Positions 1-9,230 of a DNA stretch of 44,649 nt are shown here, piece by piece (position 1 is the first letter of the stretch; the number at the start of each line of letters is the position of its first letter). Under the pieces are notes generated by a model. The model made no database searches. It was not told the DNA's origin and saw nothing but the letters and a program-made list of their open reading frames with translations. This DNA comes from Vectrevirus T147P9: the sequence record OZ035774.1. The stretch is one strand, 5' to 3'. Position numbers and translations under genes: made by a program.

Positions 1-29
1 TAATAAGTTCAAGATTTGGAGGGAGAAGC

Positions 30-329
30 GTGAGCGTACACAATAAACATGCAGCTACAGAGGACGAGGTTGGCATTCTGCATGGTGCTATTACCAAAAT
101 CTTCAATAAGAAAGCACAGGCAATACTGGACACTATAGAAGAAGACCCTGATGCAGCATTACATTTAGTGTCTGGTAAGGATATTGGTGCGATGTGTAAG
201 TGGGTTCTTGATAACGGCATTACCGCCACACCTGCTGCACAGCAGGAAGAGTCCAAGTTATCTAAGCGCCTCAAGGCTATCCGAGAGGCATCCAGTGGCA
301 AGATTATTCAGTTTACAAAAGAGGAGTGA
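30..329 (+). CDS. putative terminase small subunit (DNA maturase A-like)
   Basis: 99-aa ORF, GTG start at 30 with GGAGGGA RBS at 18-24; lies between the gp17.5-like holin and the terminase large subunit, i.e. the T7 gene 18 position. Call is by synteny and size only; no motif recognised. Confidence 0.5.
   Translation: MSVHNKHAATEDEVGILHGAITKIFNKKAQAILDTIEEDPDAALHLVSGKDIGAMCKWVLDNGITATPAAQQEESKLSKRLKAIREASSGKIIQFTKEE
121..143 (+). promoter_or_regulatory. phage RNAP promoter-like sequence (variant) inside terminase small gene
   Basis: caatactggacactatagaagaa; matches the window consensus ATTTACTGGACACTATAGAAG except at 2 upstream positions. Confidence 0.4.
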
Positions 330-330
330 T

Positions 331-774
331 ATGCATAGATGGTGTGAATCTCAAGGTTATACCATCTTACCTTCTGGTGTCATCCTTTCAAAGGGTGGCA
401 CCCCTCTCAAACCATTCAAGGCGGGTAGGGGTTATTTAGCAGTTAAAATTAAAAATAAAGAAGGTAAATGGCGTAATGTCTATGTTCATCAATTAGTGGC
501 TTATAAGTATTTACCTAAAACTAATAATGAAGTAAACCACAAAGACGGCGATAAGCACAACAATGATGTTAGCAACTTGGAGTGGGTAACAAGAAGCGAG
601 AATAACTATTTAAAATGCAATGGAAATGATAGGAGTGCCTTAAATAGCTATTTAGCAAGATTAAAAGATTGCTTCTTGCAAGGTAAGGGTGTAGCAGAAA
701 CCGCTAGACTTACTGGTAAAAGTGAACCAAGAGTTTCTTCTCTCTTTAAGGAGTGGCGAAATGGCAAAGGCTAG
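331..774 (+). CDS. HNH homing endonuclease
   Basis: ATG at 331 preceded by GAGGAG RBS (321-326); translation contains VHQLVAYKYLPKTNNEVNHKDGDKHNNDVSNLEWVTRSEN, the His-Asn-His/N-x-x-N pattern of phage HNH endonucleases; paralogous to the ORF at 18554..19033. The track ORF 184..774 is an unsupported N-terminal extension overlapping the previous gene. Confidence 0.75.
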   Translation: MHRWCESQGYTILPSGVILSKGGTPLKPFKAGRGYLAVKIKNKEGKWRNVYVHQLVAYKYLPKTNNEVNHKDGDKHNNDVSNLEWVTRSENNYLKCNGNDRSALNSYLARLKDCFLQGKGVAETARLTGKSEPRVSSLFKEWRNGKG

Positions 775-2659
775 AGAATCACAGGCAGAGGCATTAAAGC
801 GGTGGGAAAACCTTAAAGAACTACAAGACACTTTTAAATATACAGCGGAAGGTTTGCTTCTCTTTGCAGATACAGTTATCCATAACTTGATTGCAGGCAA
901 CCCTCATCTGATTCGTATGCAGGCTGATATCTTGAAGTTCCTATTCTACGGACATAAGTATCGCCTCATCGAAGCGCCTCGTGGTATCGCTAAGACAACA
1001 CTATCAGCAATCTACACGGTATTCCGTATTATCCATGAACCGCATAAGCGTATCATGGTTGTATCCCAAAACGCTAAGCGAGCAGAGGAAATCGCTGGTT
1101 GGGTGGTGAAAATCTTCCGTGGCCTAGACTTCCTTGAGTTTATGCTGCCGGATATCTACGCAGGGGACCGTGCATCCGTTAAAGCATTTGAGATTCATTA
1201 CACCCTACGTGGTAGTGATAAGTCTCCTTCTGTATCCTGTTACTCAATCGAAGCAGGTATGCAGGGTGCTCGTGCTGATATTATTCTAGCGGATGACGTA
1301 GAGTCGATGCAGAATGCTCGTACGGCAGCGGGCCGTGCCTTGCTTGAGGAACTGACTAAGGAGTTTGAATCTATCAACCAGTTTGGGGATATCATTTACC
1401 TTGGTACGCCTCAGAACGTAAACTCTATCTACAACAACCTACCTGCTCGTGGTTACTCTGTTCGTATCTGGACTGCGCGTTATCCTTCAGTAGAGCAAGA
1501 GCAATGTTATGGTGACTTCCTTGCACCTATGATTGTTCAAGATATGAAGGACAACCCAGCACTTCGCTCAGGGTACGGGTTGGATGGTAATAGTGGTGCA
1601 CCTTGTGCCCCTGAAATGTATGATGATGAAGTCCTGATTGAGAAGGAAATCTCTCAGGGTGCGGCTAAGTTCCAGCTTCAGTTCATGCTTAACACTCGCA
1701 TGATGGATGCAGACCGCTACCCACTACGCCTGAACAACCTCATCTTTACTTCGTTCGGTACAGAGGAAGTACCTGTAATGCCTACGTGGAGTAATGACTC
1801 TATTAACATCATTGGCGATGCCCCGAAGTATGGCAATAAACCTACAGACTTCATGTATAGACCTGTGGCTCGCCCGTATGAATGGGGTGCTGTTACACGC
1901 AAGATTATGTATATTGACCCTGCTGGTGGTGGTAAGAATGGGGACGAAACAGGCGTGGCTATAGTCTTTCTGCACGGCACATTCATTTACGTGTATCAGT
2001 GCTTCGGTGTGCCAGGCGGATACCGTGAATCGTCCCTGAATCGCATTGTGCAGGCCGCAAAGCAGGCGGGTGTTAAAGAGGTATTCATTGAGAAGAACTT
2101 TGGTCATGGCGCGTTTGAGGCCGTTATAAAGCCATACTTTGAACGAGAGTGGCCTGTAACTCTGGAAGAGGATTACGCCACAGGACAGAAAGAGTTGCGT
2201 ATCATTGAGACGCTGGAGCCACTCATGGCGGCACACAGGCTCATCTTTAACGCAGAGATGGTGAAATCGGACTTTGATTCGGTACAGAACTATCCGCTTG
2301 AGCTACGCATGTCCTACAGCCTTTTCAATCAAATGTCGAACATCACGATTGAGAAGAACAGCCTCCGGCACGATGACCGCTTAGACGCTCTGTATGGCGC
2401 TATACGGCAATTAACTTCTCAGATAGACTATGACGAGGTTACACGGATTAATCGCCTCAGAGCGCAGGAGATGCGCGATTACATCCATGCTATGAACACA
2501 CCTCACCTCCGCAGGGCGATGCTCTATGGAGATTATGGCACTGAGCGAAGAGTAACCAACACTTCCGTGGCTATGCAGCAAAGAGTGTACGGTCAGAATT
2601 ACAGGAGTAAATCGGCAAATCGAAATACACTTTCTGCAAGGATTTCAAGGACTTATTAA
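761..2659 (+). CDS. terminase large subunit (DNA maturase B)
   Basis: About 630-aa ORF; Walker-A-like segment (LIEAPRGIAKTT), C-terminal nuclease-like segment (YIDPAGGGKNGDETG); size and position match T7 gp19. Start taken at ATG 761 (RBS AAGGAGTGG 748-756); in-frame alternative at 722. Confidence 0.9.
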   Translation: MAKARESQAEALKRWENLKELQDTFKYTAEGLLLFADTVIHNLIAGNPHLIRMQADILKFLFYGHKYRLIEAPRGIAKTTLSAIYTVFRIIHEPHKRIMVVSQNAKRAEEIAGWVVKIFRGLDFLEFMLPDIYAGDRASVKAFEIHYTLRGSDKSPSVSCYSIEAGMQGARADIILADDVESMQNARTAAGRALLEELTKEFESINQFGDIIYLGTPQNVNSIYNNLPARGYSVRIWTARYPSVEQEQCYGDFLAPMIVQDMKDNPALRSGYGLDGNSGAPCAPEMYDDEVLIEKEISQGAAKFQLQFMLNTRMMDADRYPLRLNNLIFTSFGTEEVPVMPTWSNDSINIIGDAPKYGNKPTDFMYRPVARPYEWGAVTRKIMYIDPAGGGKNGDETGVAIVFLHGTFIYVYQCFGVPGGYRESSLNRIVQAAKQAGVKEVFIEKNFGHGAFEAVIKPYFEREWPVTLEEDYATGQKELRIIETLEPLMAAHRLIFNAEMVKSDFDSVQNYPLELRMSYSLFNQMSNITIEKNSLRHDDRLDALYGAIRQLTSQIDYDEVTRINRLRAQEMRDYIHAMNTPHLRRAMLYGDYGTERRVTNTSVAMQQRVYGQNYRSKSANRNTLSARISRTY

Positions 2660-2680
2660 TTACTGGACACTATAGAAGGA
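2658..2680 (+). promoter_or_regulatory. phage RNAP promoter
   Basis: aattactggacactatagaagga immediately 3' of the terminase large stop; SP6-like core CACTATAGAAG. Confidence 0.7.
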
Positions 2681-2813
2681 AGGCCCAGATAATAAGAGAA
2701 ATAACAAGGATAATATAGGTTAACCTAGGTTATATAGGTATGCCTTAGTATGGGTGTACTCCTGTACACCCTATTCCTTACTTCCTTACTATACTTACAT
2801 AATAGGAGAGAGA

Positions 2814-3092
2814 ATGTCTAATAGTTATAGTACACAACCCCTTACCGGTAAGTCTGCTCGTAAGCAGATACAACCTGTGAGTGAAGCCCTGATGCTTCCT
2901 GTAGTTTACGAGGACACTGTTGAGAAGAAAGGTGATGTTATTAATGATGCCACCAAATCAGGTAAGCAGAAAGGCGCCATGGTGTGTCTTGATACACATG
3001 ATACACTGGTTATTGCTATCGCAGTTGATGGCAAAGAAGATTCCAATTGGCTGACCACGTTATTAGCGGTCACTACTATTACCCCAGCTTAA
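2814..3092 (+). CDS. hypothetical protein (tandem paralogue A)
   Basis: ATG 2814 after AGGAGAGAG RBS; shares SGKQKGxMVxxxxxDxxLxIAIA with the next ORF. Confidence 0.6.
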   Translation: MSNSYSTQPLTGKSARKQIQPVSEALMLPVVYEDTVEKKGDVINDATKSGKQKGAMVCLDTHDTLVIAIAVDGKEDSNWLTTLLAVTTITPA

Positions 3093-3104
3093 GAGGAGAA
3101 TTAC

Positions 3105-3392
3105 ATGTCTAATTATGGAAACGCAGGTACTGTTACTGGTCAAGCTTTTCGAGTAAAAACTGTACAAACCACTGCAACGGCAATCCCTTTGCCTATTGTT
3201 GCTGAAGCAGACCTTAAGAAGAAAGATCACCCTATCAACATTAAACACCTATCTGGCAAACAGAAAGGCTCCATGGTTGCTGTAGAGAAAGCAGACAACT
3301 CCTTGTACATCGCTATTGCACGTGGTAGTGAACCAACTGACCCTTGGGATGCAACCACTATGGAGGAGACACCTGTAACCCCTGTAGCTTAA
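3105..3392 (+). CDS. hypothetical protein (tandem paralogue B)
   Basis: ATG 3105 after AGAGGAG RBS; both paralogues start MSN and share a conserved core. Confidence 0.6.
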   Translation: MSNYGNAGTVTGQAFRVKTVQTTATAIPLPIVAEADLKKKDHPINIKHLSGKQKGSMVAVEKADNSLYIAIARGSEPTDPWDATTMEETPVTPVA

Positions 3393-3413
3393 TTGTAACA
3401 GATGAGGTCGGTG

Positions 3414-3758
3414 ATGCTTAATAAATACTTCAAGCGACGCGAGTTCGCTTGCCGTTGTGGGTGCGGTACATCCACTGTTGATGCTGAATTACTACAGGTA
3501 GTAACAGATGTGCGTGAGCACTTTGGTTCTCCTGTAGTTATCACTTCGGGGCATCGCTGTGCTAAGCACAATGCTAATGTAGGAGGAGCTAAGAACTCCA
3601 TGCATCTTACTGGTAAGGCTGCTGACATTAAGGTACGAGGCATCTTACCTTCTGATGTACATAAGTATCTTACTGATAAGTACCAAGGCAAATATGGGAT
3701 TGGTAAGTATAACTCCTTTACTCATATTGATGTACGTGACGGGTGTGCACGATGGTAG
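3414..3758 (+). CDS. endolysin, peptidase M15 family (zinc D-Ala-D-Ala carboxypeptidase-like fold)
   Basis: SGHRCAKHNANVGGAKNSMHLTGKAADI and FTHIDVRD give the His/Asp/His zinc-ligand pattern of M15 peptidases; start at ATG 3414 (GAGG upstream), alternative ATG 3402. Confidence 0.8.
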   Translation: MLNKYFKRREFACRCGCGTSTVDAELLQVVTDVREHFGSPVVITSGHRCAKHNANVGGAKNSMHLTGKAADIKVRGILPSDVHKYLTDKYQGKYGIGKYNSFTHIDVRDGCARW

Positions 3759-3866
3759 GTTGTGTTGCATGGTGTGAACGCATGGTTGCTAAGGCTTCAG
3801 AGGAAGGCAACTATGAAGATTGGCAGAACTACTCAACTTTATTAGCTCAATGGAAAGGGAGATGCA

Positions 3867-4016
3867 ATGAAAAAGCTGTTCAAATCTAAGAAGGTTGTAG
3901 GTGCACTAGTTGCATTGGCAATTGCTCTTGTTTCTGTAGGTCTTGGTGTAGACCTTGGCTCTGGCACGGAATCCTCTGTGACAGACGTGGTCTGCCAAGT
4001 GATCACCTGTGAATAA
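3867..4016 (+). CDS. small single-TM membrane protein (possible holin/antiholin-like lysis protein)
   Basis: 49-aa ORF MKKLFKSKKVVGALVALAIALVSVGLGVDLGSG..., basic N-terminus plus one hydrophobic helix, sited between endolysin and spanin genes. Not in the ORF track (<60 aa). Confidence 0.35.
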   Translation: MKKLFKSKKVVGALVALAIALVSVGLGVDLGSGTESSVTDVVCQVITCE

Positions 4017-4230
4017 GTTTCTAGAAGTGCTGGCAGGTCTTATTGGCCTGCTTGTCTCTGCTAAGAAGAAACAAGAAGAGAAGGAGGCACAAAGTGAAGC
4101 GAATCATGTTAGTGACAATCCTGCTGATTGGTTCGCTGACCACTTCCGGGTGTCAGCAGGCGTTACCAGAGAAAGCAATGGTGAAACCTCTGAGGCCGAC
4201 GCTGACGGCAGTTTACGAGGTAGACGATAA
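4009..4230 (+). CDS. putative i-spanin (Rz-like)
   Basis: GTG start; N-terminal TM helix (FLEVLAGLIGLLVSA) followed by a charged soluble domain; contains the o-spanin-like ORF in another frame, as with T7 18.5/18.7. Confidence 0.55.
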   Translation: MNKFLEVLAGLIGLLVSAKKKQEEKEAQSEANHVSDNPADWFADHFRVSAGVTRESNGETSEADADGSLRGRR

Positions 4231-4303
4231 AGTCTGCTTCAGTAAGCCTGATGCTACAAAATTAGGTTTGTATATTCTTTCGCTAGAACGCGGATATAAT
4301 TAA
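4106..4303 (+). CDS. putative o-spanin (Rz1-like lipoprotein), overlapping the i-spanin gene
   Basis: MLVTILLIGSLTTSGCQQ is a signal peptide with a lipobox-like Cys; ORF starts inside the Rz-like gene in a different frame and extends past its stop. Alternative GTG start at 4094 with AAGGAGG RBS at 4081-4087. Confidence 0.55.
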   Translation: MLVTILLIGSLTTSGCQQALPEKAMVKPLRPTLTAVYEVDDKVCFSKPDATKLGLYILSLERGYN

Positions 4304-4332
4304 TACATAGCTTTATGTATCAGTGTCTTACG

Positions 4333-4356
4333 ATTTACTGGACACTATAGAAGAGG
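4333..4356 (+). promoter_or_regulatory. phage RNAP promoter (consensus copy)
   Basis: atttactggacactatagaagagg upstream of the first tailspike gene. Confidence 0.75.
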
Positions 4357-4434
4357 TAAGATAGCGCCGTTCTTTTGAGCGGCCTATTACTAGCCAATCT
4401 TCATGGTGAGGGTTGGAAAGTAATAGGAGGTTTA

Positions 4435-6327
4435 ATGGCAAGATTAACTCGCCCTGTTAGTGTATTTAATAGTCTGATGGATATTACTTACCCATGCTCC
4501 ACTGATGGTGGTAAAGCGGAACTACTACAGGTTATACCCGGACGTATGTCTGGTGGTGGTATCCTACTTTGGGACGCCAGTATGCCTCAGTCCAATCATA
4601 ATGGTATTACCATCCTCAGCCCTGAAGCTAAATGGGATGGTACTCTAGAAGGTTTTAAGGCCTATAGGGAAAGTGGAGGGACTGGCAATGGTTGCTGGGT
4701 TCGACCACGCAAAGGTACTGATCTGATGGCATCTTGGGCTGGTGTTGACACAGACGGGGACTGGATTGCGGATGAGCCACTTATGGCGCTGTGTCAGATT
4801 GCACATACACAACGTCGTAATATACGCATAGACTCTGGTGCTGTCATTCGTTGCGGTTTCACAACTCCGATTTTTCAGCAAGACAAGCACAACATTCTAT
4901 CTCAAACATCTTTTGTATTACGTGGTTTAAAGAACTTCTCCATATATGCTGAGCAAGATGCAGAGATAATCACAGACCACCCTGTACATCGTGAGCGTAC
5001 AGTATTCTTCTTGGACGGTTGCGATAAGGTTACAATTTCTGGTCTTAAGTTTAATTCTGATTTCAGCGATTATTCTTTCGAACCTAATAGTCCCTATGAG
5101 CACCATATCAATGAACACTGGTTAGGTGTAGTTGCAGAGGCTTGTGGTACTGTTGAGGTTCGCAGATGTATGTTCAATGCACCTCAGTTTGCTGTAAAGG
5201 CCGACTGTTTTAATAGAACAGACGGTAGGTGGAATGACACAGTTGCAGTAAAAGATTGTTTCTTCCAGTATGCTACAAACTATTGCTTTTTATCACGTAA
5301 GTTACGACATTACATCTTCTCTGATAATGAAGTAAGATTTAATGGACGTAAGTGGCATACATATGGAGAGGCTTGTGCTCCTACTACCTATACTGAGAAT
5401 CAGATTATCACTCGTAACCGTTTCATAGATCAGATTGCTGGTCAAAGCTGTATAACTCCTGGTTCTTATGCTAAGCAAGTACTTATTTCAGATAACTTCT
5501 GTCAACGTAGTAATGGTATCTTTGTTGAGATAGGCAGTGCTAGTAATATTAATATTCTTAACAACGTCTCCAAATCTACAGGTGAACGCATCGTCCACGG
5601 AAGTGATAAGTATGCAGGAACTACACACATCCTTCTAGTATCTGGGGCAGTTGATGATGAACCTGCTGGTGGGCTAAGTAATATCTTGATTCAAGGTAAT
5701 AACTTCCAAGGCGGTGGTTATGCTTTACAAGAGTACAATACAGGCATCCCTATTCGTCGCGGGTTGGATATTCTTAATAACCACCTTGTAGACTGTATTC
5801 CACCAGCCTGTACTAACCAATCCTTTAAGTATATTAGGGTAGAAGGTAACTACATCCAAGCACCGGATGATTACCCAGATATGGCTATTGCAGGTCAACA
5901 CCCTATTATCAAGGATAATGTCCTTATCGGTGTGCGATTGAGGGCTAGAGATTTAGGTTATACTGTTGTAGGGTTAAAAGTAATAGGTAATACTTTTACT
6001 GCAAATAGTGTAGCATCTAAGTTCCCTGCACTGATAGACTACACTGATCTAGAAGATCTTGAAGCTTATGACAACGCAGCAGGTATTCAGGCATCTTATG
6101 ATAGCTTTATAGTAGCACCTGATAACTGTAATAAAATTAGCTTTATGAAAGTCGGTATGGTTGAAGGTTTTACACAGACACCAGCAGTGGTTTATGGTAG
6201 TAAGTTGCAAGAACAGAAGGCAGGTGCGATTATTGGCAATAGTGCACCTGGGTCTGTACATGGTTGTGCTGCATTCGTGAGTACTTCTAGTGGTGGTTGG
6301 GGTTTTATAAACTACGTTCCCGCATAA
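4435..6327 (+). CDS. tailspike protein 1 (putative capsule depolymerase with beta-helix-like repeats)
   Basis: About 630 aa; ATG 4435 after AGGAGG RBS; repetitive segments (ISGLKFNS, ILNNVSKS, IQGNNFQGGG, RVEGNYIQ, IGNTFTANS) suggest a parallel beta-helix; right-end position as in K1-5/SP6 tailspikes. Track start 4375 lacks an RBS. Confidence 0.65.
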   Translation: MARLTRPVSVFNSLMDITYPCSTDGGKAELLQVIPGRMSGGGILLWDASMPQSNHNGITILSPEAKWDGTLEGFKAYRESGGTGNGCWVRPRKGTDLMASWAGVDTDGDWIADEPLMALCQIAHTQRRNIRIDSGAVIRCGFTTPIFQQDKHNILSQTSFVLRGLKNFSIYAEQDAEIITDHPVHRERTVFFLDGCDKVTISGLKFNSDFSDYSFEPNSPYEHHINEHWLGVVAEACGTVEVRRCMFNAPQFAVKADCFNRTDGRWNDTVAVKDCFFQYATNYCFLSRKLRHYIFSDNEVRFNGRKWHTYGEACAPTTYTENQIITRNRFIDQIAGQSCITPGSYAKQVLISDNFCQRSNGIFVEIGSASNINILNNVSKSTGERIVHGSDKYAGTTHILLVSGAVDDEPAGGLSNILIQGNNFQGGGYALQEYNTGIPIRRGLDILNNHLVDCIPPACTNQSFKYIRVEGNYIQAPDDYPDMAIAGQHPIIKDNVLIGVRLRARDLGYTVVGLKVIGNTFTANSVASKFPALIDYTDLEDLEAYDNAAGIQASYDSFIVAPDNCNKISFMKVGMVEGFTQTPAVVYGSKLQEQKAGAIIGNSAPGSVHGCAAFVSTSSGGWGFINYVPA

Positions 6328-6412
6328 TCACAAGGCAGTGCGTAAGCACTGCTTTTCACGCAACTTTTCTTAAAGGTTATCATGGTGGTAGCCTTTCAGA
6401 AAAGGAGGTTAC

Positions 6413-8125
6413 ATGCTTCAAAGATTAAGTGCTTACTTGGTGAAGTACAAGAGTAAACTAACAGGTACTATTGAGCGCCTGCTATCTGATAAACTATCGG
6501 ATACAATAGATGTTGCGGATTTTGGAGTTAATCCATCTTCTAATGACAACAGGCAAGCCCTTCAAGCTGCATTCAATGCGGTCAGATTTCTAGGCGGAGG
6601 TACTGTATCAGTCACTAAAGCTGGCGAATATAAACTCAGTGGTACTGTTGAGATATTTGCTAATACACACTTCAAGGTTGCTAAAGGTGTAACATTTGTA
6701 CGTGACTACGAAACAGGAGATACGCTATTCAGATTATCACAAGGGCAAGCTAGTAATGTAACAGTCAGTGGAGGTGTCTATGAAGGCAATGGTCACATTA
6801 AAGGAGATACACCTTTTGTAGTATTTGCATCTACTAGTAATAATGATTTGAAGTTTGAAGGCATAACAGTTAACAATGTAGTGGACTACCACGCCATAGA
6901 TTTAGCAGATTGGAACAACGTAGTTATTCGTGATTGTAAGTTCCTAGGGTTTAAGAATACAGGCAGTCGTAACTTCTCAGAGGCTATACAGTTAGACCCA
7001 GGACTTATTACAGTAGGTCGCTATGTGCAGTCTAGTGGTTTACTGGTAGAGAATTGCTATGCTGGCCCAAACCTTGATTCTGGATTTGGCGGGTATGGTG
7101 CTCTAGTAGGAAATCATGCATCAGCTTATGGTGTTCAAGATAACAACATTAGAATCCTAAATTGCACTACAGATGGTGCACTCTTTGCAGGTGTACGTGT
7201 ATTCAACTGGAAAAACTGGATAGTACGTGGTTGCACATTTAGAAACTCTAATGCAAGAGGTGTTCATGTTACACCTGTCTCCTCTCAAACTAAACCGCAA
7301 GGAACCCGACAAGGTAGTGTTGTAGATTGTACTTTTGATGGCGTAAGAACACCAGTGCTAATTGCTGCACCATCTTGGCCTTTTACCGATATTAGTGACA
7401 TTTGGCATGACCATATTGAAATTTCTAATAATACTATGATCCTCACAGAGGATGTATCCTATGGTGTAGATGCAAGGTGGTGTAAGAATTTAATTGTAAA
7501 AGGTAATACAGGCTCTGGTGGCTTAGGGTTAATCGGTTTACGCTTTGGGACAAAATACCACATCGAAGGTAATACTTGGGAAAATGGAAGAGGTAGTGGG
7601 ATTTGGTTAGGTGAGTCTGATGCTACTACATTCATTGGTACTGGCTTATCGGGCGAAGGTATACTTAGTCGTAATATCCTCTCTAAATTAGGGCAATATG
7701 GTATTCATGTAAACTGCAAGGTTGGCGGTCTAGTGATTAAGGCTAATAATATGAAGGAAGTATCTACAGCTGAAGCAGGTAGGCACTTCATTAGCATAGA
7801 CACAGGAGCTAACAACATCCTAGTAGAAGGTAATATTGGAGTAGATGGAGAAAGCCCTAACAAGCCAAGCCTTGGTATTCGTGTTACTTCTTCTTGCTCC
7901 AATATTAAACTAATTGGCAATGATTGCTATGGTACACAGGCGCCTCAGAATAACCAAGGAGTCGGTTCTAGTACGGTGATTGTTTATGGACTAAATGGCA
8001 ATCCTACAACTTTAGGCGTAGGTGCACCTGTAGGCTCTTTAGCAACTGATATCAATGGGTCTGGTGGTGGTACATTGTACGTTAAAGAATCTGGTACATC
8101 TGCTCAAGGTTGGGTTGCAAAGTAG
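6413..8125 (+). CDS. tailspike protein 2 (pectate-lyase-superfamily-like depolymerase)
   Basis: 570 aa; AAGGAGG RBS 6402-6408; N-terminal VADFGVNPSSNDNRQALQAAFNAV...GGGTVSVTKAGEYKLSGTV resembles the pectate-lyase-3 opening of phage depolymerases, followed by Gly/Asn-rich beta-helix-like repeats. Confidence 0.7.
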   Translation: MLQRLSAYLVKYKSKLTGTIERLLSDKLSDTIDVADFGVNPSSNDNRQALQAAFNAVRFLGGGTVSVTKAGEYKLSGTVEIFANTHFKVAKGVTFVRDYETGDTLFRLSQGQASNVTVSGGVYEGNGHIKGDTPFVVFASTSNNDLKFEGITVNNVVDYHAIDLADWNNVVIRDCKFLGFKNTGSRNFSEAIQLDPGLITVGRYVQSSGLLVENCYAGPNLDSGFGGYGALVGNHASAYGVQDNNIRILNCTTDGALFAGVRVFNWKNWIVRGCTFRNSNARGVHVTPVSSQTKPQGTRQGSVVDCTFDGVRTPVLIAAPSWPFTDISDIWHDHIEISNNTMILTEDVSYGVDARWCKNLIVKGNTGSGGLGLIGLRFGTKYHIEGNTWENGRGSGIWLGESDATTFIGTGLSGEGILSRNILSKLGQYGIHVNCKVGGLVIKANNMKEVSTAEAGRHFISIDTGANNILVEGNIGVDGESPNKPSLGIRVTSSCSNIKLIGNDCYGTQAPQNNQGVGSSTVIVYGLNGNPTTLGVGAPVGSLATDINGSGGGTLYVKESGTSAQGWVAK

Positions 8126-8134
8126 TAGGATTGC

Positions 8135-8284
8135 ATGCCAATAATCAAATCAGTTAAGCAAAGTGCTGTACGCCAGAACACAGAAGAGCTTATTCAATCA
8201 GGCCGTGACCCTAAGCAAGCTTATGCCATTGCCAAGGGTGTACAACGTCGTGCCTTGAAGAAACCTTCTGCATCTTCTGCGTAA
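8135..8284 (+). CDS. hypothetical small basic protein (last gene before the genome-end region)
   Basis: 49-aa ORF MPIIKSVKQSAVRQNTEELIQSGRDPKQAYAIAKGVQRRALKKPSASSA; weak RBS; not in track. Confidence 0.3.
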   Translation: MPIIKSVKQSAVRQNTEELIQSGRDPKQAYAIAKGVQRRALKKPSASSA

Positions 8285-9115
8285 GCAGGTTAATATCTTA
8301 GTGTACACAAGGGCAGACCTAGGTTTGCTCTTAGTGTATTTACAATGGAGGTCTTATGTATATACCTATTGAAGCAATAGTAGGTTGCCTATGTTTGTTG
8401 ATAGGTTTCGTTATAGGCGTAATAGCAAAGCCTTAGTACTGTACAAGGATTAACCAAAGTCAAAATTTTGATATAGGCGTGTGTCAGCTCTCTCGCCCTC
8501 GCCCTCGCCGGGTTGTCCCCATAGGGTGGCCTGAGGGAATCCGTCTTCGACGGGCAGGGCTGATGTACTCCTTCGCTAGTACAAGGGAGGCGGAGTGAAC
8601 GCCTGGGACGGCCTAGGGAATGGCTTAGTGGTGGACAAGGTGATTACCTTAGTGAAGCCTCTTAGTGCATTCCTTAGGCCATTCAGGGCGTTTATGAGGG
8701 ATTGACAGGGTGGGTGTGGGTGGGCTATCTGTTCGTTTCGCCTAGCGGCTACACTCACTGGCTAGCTTGCGCTACGTTCACTCGCTCACGTGTACCTTAT
8801 GCTATTACTTGATGGATAGCTTAGGTTAACCTTAGTGGACTGCCTTAGTTAAAGCCTTAGTGCTTATCTTAGTATAGCTTAGTATTGTACCTTAGTAAGT
8901 CTTAGTGTCTTCTCTTAGTGATTGCACATGCAAGCATGTAAGATGCCATTAGGTCGCGGTCGGTAGACCGCTAAAGAAAGAGAACAGTAATAAGATGCAG
9001 TAGGAGGAACACCAGAAGCCTAGCCAACCTAGCCTATCCTAGCTCTGTATCTATTGCTTTTCCTTAGTCTCACATGTTAGACAACCTATCTTATTCTTAG
9101 TGATGATAACTTAGT

Positions 9116-9144
9116 GTTGACAAGATAATCTTAGTGTAATACTA
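9116..9144 (+). promoter_or_regulatory. candidate host sigma70 early promoter
   Basis: TTGACA (9116-9121), 17-bp spacer, TACTAT; lies upstream of the early genes in the expected place for host-RNAP early promoters. Sequence match only. Confidence 0.3.
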
Positions 9145-9217
9145 TGCATCACGTAGGCGGTGCTGAGGCACCTAGTAGCCAGCTAGTAAGGCATACGAAG
9201 AGACTAGCGCTTACATT

Positions 9218-9230
9218 GCTCTTTAACAAT
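9218..9230 (+). promoter_or_regulatory. RNase III site-like conserved element (copy 1)
   Basis: GCTCTTTAACAAT occurs three times in the early region; the same string is recalled from the T7 early RNase III site upstream of gene 0.3. Confidence 0.4.

Noticed and set aside
184-774. 196-aa track ORF extending the HNH gene upstream
   Set aside because: The 5' part overlaps the terminase small gene in another frame with no RBS; a GAGGAG RBS and ATG at 331 give a 147-aa HNH protein of normal size.
8356-8436. 26-aa hydrophobic micro-ORF with GGAGGT RBS
   Set aside because: Too short to support from sequence alone and lies in the presumptive terminal region.
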